Below are positions 10,480-19,036 of a DNA stretch of 55,453 nucleotides, in pieces. A program made the position numbers and the translations under genes. The notes under the pieces were generated by a model. It worked only from the letters and a program-made list of their open reading frames with translations. It made no database searches and had not been told where the DNA came from. Within the stretch, counting starts at the first letter, position 1, and every line of letters begins with the position of its first letter. Source of the stretch: a virus (lineage: Duplodnaviria; Caudoviricetes); IMG/VR virus record IMGVR_UViG_3300034093_000080, positions 1-55,453 of that record; one strand, written 5' to 3'.

Positions 10480-10487
10480 GGATAATC

Positions 10488-10871
10488 ATGGCTCACTTTG
10501 CCCGACTGGATGAAAGCAACACAGTTACTGAAGTAATTGTAATTAACAATGAAGTGATTGAAAACAAATCGTTTCCAGAAAGTGAAACTATTGGCGTTCA
10601 GTTTTGTCAATCACTTTATGGCGCAGATACGCTCTGGGTGCAAACATCCTATAACGCTAATTTTCGATACAACTATGCGGGAACTGGGTACACCTTTGAC
10701 GCTACGGCGTTGCCTAATGGAGCGTTTATCACGCCCAAGGCATATCCTTCTTGGGTACTGAACACAGCAACATACCAATGGCAGGCTCCCATCCCATATC
10801 CCAATGACGGGGAAAAATATTCTTGGGACGAAACAACTCAGTCTTGGGTTCTTTTTACTTCATCTTTTTAA
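10488..10871 (+). CDS. Tail-fibre-associated protein
   Basis: MAHFARLD...WVQTSYNANFRYNYAG...W.AP.PYP, a family commonly found next to glycine-rich fibre genes. GAGG RBS. Confidence 0.65.
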   Translation: MAHFARLDESNTVTEVIVINNEVIENKSFPESETIGVQFCQSLYGADTLWVQTSYNANFRYNYAGTGYTFDATALPNGAFITPKAYPSWVLNTATYQWQAPIPYPNDGEKYSWDETTQSWVLFTSSF

Positions 10872-10880
10872 AGGAAAATC

Positions 10881-11222
10881 ATGTCAGCAACTATTACTTG
10901 GGTCATTGAATGGATGCAAACCACTCCTACGACCGCAACCCCTCCTGAGACAGTCATCACCGCTGGCTGGCGTTGCAACGGTTTGCAAGCATCTGCCGAC
11001 CCTCAAGCACCCTATGTCGCAACTGTTTACGGCACAGCGTCATTCCCTGCCCCTGAAGGCACTTTTACGCCTTACAGCCAACTGACTCAAACTCAAGTTT
11101 TGGGTTGGTGCTGGGCAAACGGCGTTGACCAGACCGCTACCGAATTAAGCATTCAATCGCAGATCAACGGTCAAATCAATCCGACGGTTATTCAACCACC
11201 TCTGCCTTGGGTTACGGCATAA
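10881..11222 (+). CDS. Small tail-associated phage protein
   Basis: AAGGA RBS. FTPYSQLTQTQVLGW...PLPW motif. Confidence 0.6.
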   Translation: MSATITWVIEWMQTTPTTATPPETVITAGWRCNGLQASADPQAPYVATVYGTASFPAPEGTFTPYSQLTQTQVLGWCWANGVDQTATELSIQSQINGQINPTVIQPPLPWVTA

Positions 11223-11278
11223 TTAAAAAAGGGCGAACCGCTGGCCTATAACAGCGGAAATTTTTTAGGAGAATGGCA

Positions 11279-11443
11279 ATGGAAAAAATAACTTTATCAA
11301 CTCAACTGGTCAACGGCATCCTTCAGTATTTGGGCAACCAGCCCTACGCTCAAGTTGCTCAATTGATTGATGGCATCCAAAAAGAAGCACAAGCACAGGC
11401 TCAACAACCCGTTGAGAAAGTGATTGCTGAACCTGTAAATTAA
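11279..11443 (+). CDS. Small hypothetical protein (54 aa; missing from the ORF track)
   Basis: AGGAG RBS. MEKITLSTQLVNGILQYLGNQPYAQVAQLIDGIQKEAQ... Fills the intergenic gap. Confidence 0.65.
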   Translation: MEKITLSTQLVNGILQYLGNQPYAQVAQLIDGIQKEAQAQAQQPVEKVIAEPVN

Positions 11444-11448
11444 ATGGT

Positions 11449-11670
11449 ATGAGCATGGAAGCGGTTCACGAATTAGCCACCGAGACCGACAAGCGTCTAA
11501 GCGTCCATGAGGCTATCTGCGCCCAGCGTTATGAGGGCATTCAAAGTCGCTTTGACGATGGCTCAAAGCGCATGACCAAGATTGAGTACCTTTTGTACGG
11601 CGTGATTGTCTGCGTTCTGTTTGGCCCCGGCGTGGCTGGGGAACTCATCAAAAAGGTTTTAGGACTGTAA
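11449..11670 (+). CDS. Small coiled-coil + single-TM protein (lysis-associated)
   Basis: HEAICAQRY coiled coil followed by hydrophobic YLLYGVIVCVLFG. Confidence 0.6.
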   Translation: MSMEAVHELATETDKRLSVHEAICAQRYEGIQSRFDDGSKRMTKIEYLLYGVIVCVLFGPGVAGELIKKVLGL

Positions 11671-12125
11671 TGGTTGACCTTACCAAAGCCATCGGAGCCG
11701 TTGCCGCAAGCGTTGCCGCACTTGGTGGTAGTTACACGCTTGCCGACAAGTTTGGCTTTTTTGACCGAGCCATCATTGAATGGTCTCCAGAGAATTTTAA
11801 AATTGTGGCAGAGGCTAATAAGCCAATTACTGTTACGGTTGCAAGAATAAAGAAGCGGGACGACTGCTCTGTTGAGAGTTTCACGCCAAGCATTCGTGAT
11901 GCGGCAGGCATGGTGCATGAAGCAACCACCACCGCAAGCAAGTTTAGTGGCCCAGCAGGCCCAGAGATCGACACATTCACCTACGAACTCACGATGGTGA
12001 GGAAAGAGAAGATTGCCAGCGGCAAGGCTACTTTGTTGGCGACCATCAAATACAAGTGTCCTGAAGGGGAGCGCGTTGTGCAATATCCCCGTCATACAAA
12101 TCTAAGTTTTGAATTAAAAGGGTGA
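11670..12125 (+). CDS. Hypothetical protein with N-terminal hydrophobic anchor
   Basis: Coupled ORF in the lysis region. One Cys pair, beta-rich. Confidence 0.55.
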   Translation: MVDLTKAIGAVAASVAALGGSYTLADKFGFFDRAIIEWSPENFKIVAEANKPITVTVARIKKRDDCSVESFTPSIRDAAGMVHEATTTASKFSGPAGPEIDTFTYELTMVRKEKIASGKATLLATIKYKCPEGERVVQYPRHTNLSFELKG

Positions 12126-12127
12126 CC

Positions 12128-12646
12128 ATGATTCCAATAGTCGCATCCCTCCTTGGTACATTGGCTCAGAACGGTCTGGGCCTTTTGTCTTCTGCGATCC
12201 AAGCAAAGGGCAAAGAAGTCGTCGAGAAGACTCTTGGCGTCAAGATTTCCGATAACCCCTCCGACGCTGAAGTATCTAAACTTCGCCAACTCCAATACGA
12301 CCACGAGGAGCGCCTGCTTGAGTTGGGCATCGAGAAGGCCCGCATTGAACAAGAAGAGTTGGCGGCACTGCTTAAAGCGCAGGCAAACCAAGAAGACAAT
12401 GTGTCCAAGCGTTGGCAGGCTGATATGGCCTCTGACTCGTGGCTGTCGAAGAATATCCGCCCCGGCACCCTGATCTACATCCTGACCGCTTATTTGCTGT
12501 TTGCTGGCCTAAGTGCCGCAGGCATTGAGGTGAACGAGGCATATGTTGCCTTGCTCGGCCAATGGGGTATGTTGGTGATGACCGCCTACTTTGGTGGCCG
12601 CACCGTCGAGAAGGTCATGGAAATGCGCAAAAAGGACAAAGAATGA
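12128..12646 (+). CDS. Holin (GTA 3TM-holin-like)
   Basis: DMASDSWLSKNIRP, two TM segments, AYFGGRTVEK. Directly precedes the endolysin. Confidence 0.78.
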   Translation: MIPIVASLLGTLAQNGLGLLSSAIQAKGKEVVEKTLGVKISDNPSDAEVSKLRQLQYDHEERLLELGIEKARIEQEELAALLKAQANQEDNVSKRWQADMASDSWLSKNIRPGTLIYILTAYLLFAGLSAAGIEVNEAYVALLGQWGMLVMTAYFGGRTVEKVMEMRKKDKE

Positions 12647-12984
12647 GCCTGAGTGACGAACAAGCCGCATTCCTTCTGGATGCTTGCAAACTAATCGTAT
12701 ATGCCACTGGCCTTGGTTTTAAGGTCACTGGTGGGGAGTTGGCCCGCACACCTGAACAGCAAGCCCTTCATGTCAAGGCTGGTCGCTCCAAGACCATGAA
12801 CTCCATCCACCTCAAGAGGTGCGCTATTGACTTGAACTTTTTCAAGGATGGGCAGATAATCTGGAACAAGGAAACCCTTGCTCCGCTGGGCGCGTATTGG
12901 GAGAATATGCACCCCAAAAACCGCTGGGGTGGTAATTTCAAATCGCTGGTAGATTGCCCGCATTTTGAGCGCAATGTCGGATAA
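12643..12984 (+). CDS. Endolysin, M15-family peptidase
   Basis: RTPEQQ, SIHLKRCAID (SxHxxxxAxD), WGGNF and DCPHFE zinc-peptidase motifs. Confidence 0.85.
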   Translation: MSLSDEQAAFLLDACKLIVYATGLGFKVTGGELARTPEQQALHVKAGRSKTMNSIHLKRCAIDLNFFKDGQIIWNKETLAPLGAYWENMHPKNRWGGNFKSLVDCPHFERNVG

Positions 12985-12993
12985 GGAGAAAAA

Positions 12994-13629
12994 ATGACGA
13001 CCGCATCGGTAATGACATACGACTCCTTGGTCGAGAACATCCAGTCTTATCTGGAGCGTACCGACACCGCTACCCTTGAGAAAATCCCTCTTTTCATCAT
13101 GCTGGCCGAGCAGATCATTGCCAGCCAGATCAAGTTTTTGGGTAACCTGACGGTCAGCACTAGCACGATGACGGCCACTCAGGCGGTCATTGACAAGCCT
13201 GCCCGTTGGCACAAAACCGTTTCAATGAATGTGGTGGTGGCTGGTAGCCGCACCCCTGTCTTGCTTCGCAAGTATGAGTACCTGCGTGAGTATTGGCCTG
13301 ATGCCACAGAGACAGGCGTGCCCGCATATTACGGCGACTACGACTACACACACTGGCTGGTGGTTCCTACGCCTGCCGCCGCTTACACCTTTGAGGTGTT
13401 GTACTACGAGCGGATTCAACCGCTCGATTCTTCCAACCAAACAAATTGGTTCACCATCTACGCCCCGCAGGCATTGCTGTATGGCGCTCTTTTGCAGTCT
13501 ATGCCGTTCCTCAAGAACGACGAGCGGATGCCCATGTGGCAAGCAAATTACGACCAGATCATGCAGACCCTCAAGCAAGAGGATGTCCAGCGTATTGGTG
13601 ACCGTCAAGCCGCAGTATTGGATACCTGA
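12994..13629 (+). CDS. Head-tail adaptor-like virion protein
   Basis: TYDSLVENIQSYLER...IPLFIMLAE, VPTP, TNW...APQALLYGAL motifs. Confidence 0.65.
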   Translation: MTTASVMTYDSLVENIQSYLERTDTATLEKIPLFIMLAEQIIASQIKFLGNLTVSTSTMTATQAVIDKPARWHKTVSMNVVVAGSRTPVLLRKYEYLREYWPDATETGVPAYYGDYDYTHWLVVPTPAAAYTFEVLYYERIQPLDSSNQTNWFTIYAPQALLYGALLQSMPFLKNDERMPMWQANYDQIMQTLKQEDVQRIGDRQAAVLDT

Positions 13630-13631
13630 TC

Positions 13632-14873
13632 ATGTCATATAACAGCCCCTTCACAGGTAATGTCATCCAGCCAACGGATGTCTCTTATCGCCGAATTACT
13701 CTGACCGCTGACTTACAGTTGGAGTGGCCTATCAACGGGACTTCGACTGATGATGCCGCCGCTCGAATCATGGAGGTGTCAACTGCATCTACTGCAAACG
13801 AGTTGTGGATGCCGCCAGCCAATCAGGCTTCTGTCGGCCAAGATGCGTTGATCCGAAATGTGGGCGCTGTTGCTTTGCTGGTCAAGGACTACACTGGCCT
13901 CAACACCATTGTGTCTATAGCCGCTGGCGAAGCCCAGTACATCTACATCACGGCCAATCCAACCACAGCAGGCACTTGGGGAATCATTGCCTATGGTATT
14001 GGCTCTTCTGGTGCTGATGCGGCCACGCTGGCTGGATACGGCTTGCTGGCGATTGGTCAGACGCTGAACCAGTCCCAGCCTGTCACCACCTTTTCTAGCG
14101 ATTACACGGCACTGACAACAGACCGCTCTAACACTTATGTGTGGACGGGTGGTGCTGGTACTTTGACGCTATCAGCCGCGTCTACCCTTGGCGATAACTG
14201 GTTCATGTTCTTGCGCAACAATGGAACTGGTGCCTTGACTGTTGCTGGAACTGGCGGAAACACCATCAACGGTTCTGCTTCGTTAATTTTTCAGCCTGCT
14301 GATTCTGCAATTATTGTGTGCAGTGGCTCAACCTTCTACACCGTTGGCCTTGGCAAATCAACTCAGTTTGCTTTTACTCAGTTGACCAAGAGTGTCACTA
14401 CTGGCAGTTACACATTGACTTCTGCGGAAGCGTCTAATGTGATTCAGAAGTACACAGGAACCCTGACAGGCAATGTGACCATCATTGTTCCTCAGACGGT
14501 GCAGGTTTACTACATCCAGAACGCAACGACTGCTGGTGGGTTTACCTTAACGATCAGCACAGGCGTGGGTGGTGCGTCTACGGCCACGATTGCCGCAGGT
14601 AATCAAGCCACGCTGATTTGCGACTCGGTGAACTTGTTGAACGCCAACACCGTACTGGCTGGTTCTTCGGCCATCAGTTTGCTCAACGGTACGGTTTCTA
14701 ACCCTTCGTTGAACTTTGCGTCTGAGCCAACGACTGGTATTTATCGCGCCGCCTCTGGTGAGTTTAACCATGCAATTCTTGGCGTGTTGCGCTCCACCTT
14801 GTCGGCATCTGGCTTGGCAATTGTTGGCACGGGTAACTTTACGGGTGGCGTTTCAGGCGGAGTATTCACTTGA
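13632..14873 (+). CDS. Tail structural protein
   Basis: Beta-rich Thr/Gly sequence with NPSLNFASEPTTGIYR fibre-type motif. Confidence 0.6.
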   Translation: MSYNSPFTGNVIQPTDVSYRRITLTADLQLEWPINGTSTDDAAARIMEVSTASTANELWMPPANQASVGQDALIRNVGAVALLVKDYTGLNTIVSIAAGEAQYIYITANPTTAGTWGIIAYGIGSSGADAATLAGYGLLAIGQTLNQSQPVTTFSSDYTALTTDRSNTYVWTGGAGTLTLSAASTLGDNWFMFLRNNGTGALTVAGTGGNTINGSASLIFQPADSAIIVCSGSTFYTVGLGKSTQFAFTQLTKSVTTGSYTLTSAEASNVIQKYTGTLTGNVTIIVPQTVQVYYIQNATTAGGFTLTISTGVGGASTATIAAGNQATLICDSVNLLNANTVLAGSSAISLLNGTVSNPSLNFASEPTTGIYRAASGEFNHAILGVLRSTLSASGLAIVGTGNFTGGVSGGVFT

Positions 14874-16942
14874 CCAAAAAAGTTCTTACGATTGACACCC
14901 TTGCTGGACTTCAGAGGGATGGCACTATTTTTGACTTGAACTTTTATACCGCTGGTAAATGGGTTCGGTTTCAGCGTAACCGACCCCGCAAGATAGGTGG
15001 CTACCGCGCCATCACAAATGATGTGTTTGGTTACTCTCGCGGCATTTATGTCAACTCTGTAGACGGCATTAACCAAATTTTCAATGGCTACAACAACGGC
15101 TTTGAAGTTGTAAACATTGACAACGCTGGCGTGGGCGCGGGAGTTAATGAGTTCACATTCACTGGTCTGATCCTTACGACCAACACATTGGTTGGCGGTA
15201 CGCTGTACACAAACGGCACATACACAAATGTGACCTTGACTGGCGGCTCTGGTTCTGGGGCCAAGGCCACCATCGTGGTGTCTGGCGGTTCTGTGACCAC
15301 AGTGACCATTACGACTGCTGGCAATGGGTATGTTGTTGGCAACACCTTGAGCGCAACAGCCGCAAGCATTGGCGGGACTGGTAGCGGTTTTTCTGTCAAG
15401 GTTGCCACAATCAACAGCGGCTTTACACCAAGCGACTTGAACCTGTGGCAGATTGATTCATCTTTTGATGCTCAAGGCTCTGGCAATCAGTTGTTGCTGG
15501 CGCACCCCGGGCAGAACTTGGCGCAGATTGACCAAACAGTTAATACCCCTGTGCTGGCTGGAAATATCAACGGAACGGTTCTTTCCCCATTGACGGACAC
15601 ATCTGGCACAACCCCAACAGGCGACATCATTGAGGTTGCGGGCGGTGTGGTTGTCTTGCACCCGTATGTGTTCGTGTATGGAGACAACGGCCTGATTAAG
15701 AACTCTGTTGCTGGCAATCCATTTGATTGGAACGGCCCAGACGCAAACGAGGTCAATGTGGCCTCCACCAAGATCGTCAAGGGCTTGCCAGTGCGAGGCG
15801 GCTCTAACGCGCCTTCTGGATTGTTCTGGGCGCTTGATTCTTTGATTCGAGTTTCATACACCCCAACAACAGTGACGGTCGCTGGAACGCCCCAGACCTT
15901 CTTCTGGCGCTATGACATCATTTCTTCGCAGTCTTCGATTTTGTCGAGCCAGTCTGTGATTGAGTACGACGGCATCTACTACTGGTGTGGCGTTGACCGC
16001 TTCCTGCTTTACAACGGTGTGGTGAAAGAGATTCCAAACACCTTCAACCAGAACTACTTTTTTGACAATCTGAACTATGCACAGCGTCAAAAGGTCTGGG
16101 CAACCAAGGTTCCTCGCTACGGTGAAATCTGGTGGTTCTATCCTTCTGGCGATTCAGAAGAGTGCAACAACGCGGTCATCTACAACATCCGCGAGAACTG
16201 CTGGTACGACGCTGGGTTCTCTGATGGCGCAACCCGCACCGCTGGCTACTTCTCTCAGGTGTTCAAATACCCAATCAATGCAGGCGCAACTTTAAGCACG
16301 GTTGAGGAAGTTTTTTCATCCTCCATTACAACGATCAACACAAACGCAAACATTGAAGTTCCGCAGACAAACCAAATTGCGGTTGGACAGTTGGTGATCG
16401 CCGCAGGCATTCCAGCAAATTCGATCATCACGGCAATCGTTCCTAGTGCTACGGCTGGATTCTTTACGGTTACGCTGACCAACCCAGCAAGTGCATCTGC
16501 AACCGTGACTGCATCATTCAATACAACGGCTGGTCGCGTAACGCTGTGGCAACATGAAATTGGCACTGACGAGATCAACAACACCAATGTAAACGCCATC
16601 GAGAGTTTTTTTGAGACCTCTGACCTTGGCTGGGTGCAGGGTGGCCCAGCGCAGACCTCCCCAGTGGGCGACAACTACTGGTTGCGCATTGAGCGGATTG
16701 AGCCTGACTTTATTCAGGAAGGTACGATGACTGTACAGGTTACAGGTCGCCCGTTTGCTCAATCGCAAGATGTGATCTCCGACCCGTTTGCCTTTGAGCC
16801 AACGACAGGCAAGATTGATATGCGTGAGCAACGCCGAGAGATACGGTTGCGGTTTACAAGCAATATTCAGGGTGGTGATTACCAGATGGGTAAGGTGCTA
16901 TTAAACGCAACCGTCGGCGATACACGCCCATACGGAGGTTAA
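14870..16942 (+). CDS. Tail nozzle / stabilisation protein (P22 gp10 / T7 gp12 analogue)
   Basis: WVRFQRNRPRKIGG N-terminus, beta-propeller-like YYWCGVDRFLLYNG and EIWWFYPS motifs. Positioned before the ejection genes. Confidence 0.7.
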   Translation: MTKKVLTIDTLAGLQRDGTIFDLNFYTAGKWVRFQRNRPRKIGGYRAITNDVFGYSRGIYVNSVDGINQIFNGYNNGFEVVNIDNAGVGAGVNEFTFTGLILTTNTLVGGTLYTNGTYTNVTLTGGSGSGAKATIVVSGGSVTTVTITTAGNGYVVGNTLSATAASIGGTGSGFSVKVATINSGFTPSDLNLWQIDSSFDAQGSGNQLLLAHPGQNLAQIDQTVNTPVLAGNINGTVLSPLTDTSGTTPTGDIIEVAGGVVVLHPYVFVYGDNGLIKNSVAGNPFDWNGPDANEVNVASTKIVKGLPVRGGSNAPSGLFWALDSLIRVSYTPTTVTVAGTPQTFFWRYDIISSQSSILSSQSVIEYDGIYYWCGVDRFLLYNGVVKEIPNTFNQNYFFDNLNYAQRQKVWATKVPRYGEIWWFYPSGDSEECNNAVIYNIRENCWYDAGFSDGATRTAGYFSQVFKYPINAGATLSTVEEVFSSSITTINTNANIEVPQTNQIAVGQLVIAAGIPANSIITAIVPSATAGFFTVTLTNPASASATVTASFNTTAGRVTLWQHEIGTDEINNTNVNAIESFFETSDLGWVQGGPAQTSPVGDNYWLRIERIEPDFIQEGTMTVQVTGRPFAQSQDVISDPFAFEPTTGKIDMREQRREIRLRFTSNIQGGDYQMGKVLLNATVGDTRPYGG

Positions 16943-16943
16943 G

Positions 16944-17204
16944 ATGGCTCTTGCGGTTGTCTATGATCCTCGGTTTCACACCTTTGAGTCGTGGGCGGCG
17001 CTGATGTGCGAGGCGTATGCGGGTCAGCAGTTGGTGATCCCTGACTCTCGAACAGATTGGTATCAGTGGGCGGCTGGGTTAAAGGCAATTGATGTCTTCA
17101 CGAATGAGGGCATCCCCGGCCCCTATATCTATAACAACTGGCAGGATTGGGCGTCGGCTTTGGTTGGCGCTGTCAACCAGCCCACAGAAGGCCCAGACCA
17201 ATGA
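16944..17204 (+). CDS. Small Trp-rich hypothetical protein
   Basis: GGAGG RBS. WYQWAAGL / WQDWASAL pseudo-repeat. ATGA overlap with the ACP gene. Confidence 0.65.
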   Translation: MALAVVYDPRFHTFESWAALMCEAYAGQQLVIPDSRTDWYQWAAGLKAIDVFTNEGIPGPYIYNNWQDWASALVGAVNQPTEGPDQ

Positions 17205-17485
17205 TAGAGTTCATCGAGATTTTCAACTATGTAGCAAAGGTCGCTCGACCCGCTCACGCCAAAGTTGCCATCGCAGACGCAATGGAAAATACTTTTCAGG
17301 AAATTGGGTTGGACAGTCTCGATGGTTTGGTTATGTTGATGTACTTCGACGACCTCTATGGAATTGAAGACGCAGTCAGCAAAGAGTGGACGCCAGCGTC
17401 TGTGCAAGAGTTGCACGACCTCGTGATGGCAAACAAAACCAAAGAACCTGCCTCAATGGAAGAAGTGGCCGAGGCTTGCAAATGA
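17201..17485 (+). CDS. Acyl carrier protein (phosphopantetheine-binding), 94 aa
   Basis: Small and acidic. FQEIGLDSLDGLVMLMYFDDLYGI matches the ACP GxDSLD...FGI motif (Ser39, codon 17315-17317). Start at the ATGA overlap. Confidence 0.85.
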   Translation: MIEFIEIFNYVAKVARPAHAKVAIADAMENTFQEIGLDSLDGLVMLMYFDDLYGIEDAVSKEWTPASVQELHDLVMANKTKEPASMEEVAEACK

Positions 17486-18591
17486 TCTTTCTGACCCACT
17501 ACCGCACCGCCTCCACAACCAATGTCGAGTTGTTTGACGACATCGTCTACCCCCAGAAGGTCAACTGGTTTCCTGAAACTTACAACCGAGCCAAGTCTGG
17601 CTTGGTCTACGTCCCCCATAAGTTGGCCGAGAAGGTGCTTGATCCTGAGTTGCTGACCTACCTGCGGGAGAACCCAGTAGGCAAGACGGCATTCATCTTG
17701 GCCGCAGGCAATGCGCACTTTGCTGGTATCGGCCAGCGTCCTTACGACTCGCGCCTGACTTACACCTACAAGTTCCTGCCGTTCACCCTGACTCAGGTCT
17801 ACGCTGGCCGTATAGCCCAGTCCTGCGGTGACATGGATATGGTGACCACCGACTCCTCGGCCTGCGCTTCTAGCCTCAAGGTAATGATGGATGTGGTTAA
17901 CCTGATCGACTTTTACGACTATGACCGCGTCATTGTGCTGACTGTGGAGGACGGTGTCTCAAACGCCGTGCTGGAGTTCTTTGGTGACTCCAAGGCGGTA
18001 TTGACCGAAAAGCAGGAACAGGAAGGCATAAAGCCATCCGCTTTTGACTCGGTAAACGCTGGGTTTAGGGTTGGTCAGGGAGCCGCTTTTGCGGTGTTTG
18101 AGTCCGAGAGTGCCGTTTCCCGCCAGCGGGTTACCCCACACGCCGCCCTGATTGGTGCCTACAACGCGTCAGAACGCTCTACAAACGCGATTGGACAGTG
18201 TGAGGATGGTGAGGGCTTCAAAAAGGTTATTGAAGGCGTATTGCACTATTCCCATATTCGGGCAGATGAGATTAAAATCGTTAAAACCCACGGAACTGGA
18301 ACAGCGTCCAACAACAAGGCCGAAAAGTGCGCCTTGAACCAAACGCTACAAGGATTCATCGCGACCTCGTATAAGCAGAAGATTGGTCATACGATGGGAA
18401 GCAGTGGACTCCTTGAAACTTTATTATTGTTGGGCGACATCAAGTCGGGATTTGTGCCAGCGATTGAGAACCGAACTGAAAGCGATTCGGTATTCCTTTC
18501 GGAATCGACAAGTCCCCCTGATGGTTTGATAATGAGTCTGGCGGCTGGGATGGGCAACATCTATTCCGCCGCAATATTTAAGGGGCTGTGA
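17482..18591 (+). CDS. fabF: Beta-ketoacyl-ACP synthase (FabF/FabB-like ketosynthase), divergent, 369 aa
   Basis: SACASS (Cys128), GFRVGQGAAFAVFE, KTHGTGT (His270), KQKIGHTMGSSG (His303), C-terminal AGMG. ATGA-coupled to the ACP. Confidence 0.9.
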   Translation: MIFLTHYRTASTTNVELFDDIVYPQKVNWFPETYNRAKSGLVYVPHKLAEKVLDPELLTYLRENPVGKTAFILAAGNAHFAGIGQRPYDSRLTYTYKFLPFTLTQVYAGRIAQSCGDMDMVTTDSSACASSLKVMMDVVNLIDFYDYDRVIVLTVEDGVSNAVLEFFGDSKAVLTEKQEQEGIKPSAFDSVNAGFRVGQGAAFAVFESESAVSRQRVTPHAALIGAYNASERSTNAIGQCEDGEGFKKVIEGVLHYSHIRADEIKIVKTHGTGTASNNKAEKCALNQTLQGFIATSYKQKIGHTMGSSGLLETLLLLGDIKSGFVPAIENRTESDSVFLSESTSPPDGLIMSLAAGMGNIYSAAIFKGL

Positions 18592-19034
18592 TGCTGACCG
18601 ATAGCAAAAAGAAAGAACTGAGTGTTGAGGCGGTCTTGCTGATTGCGGCACAGCAGACTAAGTCTAAGTATTCTGCGGAGCAGGTCTATGCATCTCTCGT
18701 AAAAGAGATGAACATGGAGGGCACAAGCACCTATCGCGAAGGCAATACTGTATTCCTTATGCATCACGCCAAGGGGCGTGTCGGTATCTTTCGCGCCCTG
18801 AACGCTGACACCGCCAGAAACTATTTGGACAACTCTTACCAATTTATTCAAGACGCATACAAGATGGGTTTTGATATTCTTGTCAGCGACTTTGAAGACC
18901 CGACGATTATGAACATTTTCAAGGGCATCTCAAGAAACCCTCCACAAGAGGGCATGGGCTATCGCGCCGAGAGAACCCAAAAAGGTTTTCGCGTGACGGT
19001 CAAGTTAGGGCCAGCGCGGCCCGATAAGGAATAA
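18588..19034 (+). CDS. Putative GNAT-like acyltransferase / virion assembly protein
   Basis: 148 aa with an alternating beta/alpha pattern (GNTVFLMHH..VGIFRAL; helix ending AYKMGFDILV). Occupies the position of P22 gp14 / T7 gp13 before the ejection genes. The ORF is solid; the fold is inferred. Confidence 0.45.
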   Translation: MMLTDSKKKELSVEAVLLIAAQQTKSKYSAEQVYASLVKEMNMEGTSTYREGNTVFLMHHAKGRVGIFRALNADTARNYLDNSYQFIQDAYKMGFDILVSDFEDPTIMNIFKGISRNPPQEGMGYRAERTQKGFRVTVKLGPARPDKE

Positions 19035-19036
19035 AA

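Noticed and set aside
17147-17481. ORF-track starts at 17147 (ACP) and 17386 (KS)
   Set aside because: The extensions overlap upstream genes. ATGA-coupled starts at 17201 and 17482 give domain-sized proteins.
17201-18591. ACP/KS as host contamination or a chimeric contig
   Set aside because: Both genes are overlap-coupled to phage genes on each side, on the same strand, with no other fab genes or visible junction. Read mapping would be the final check.
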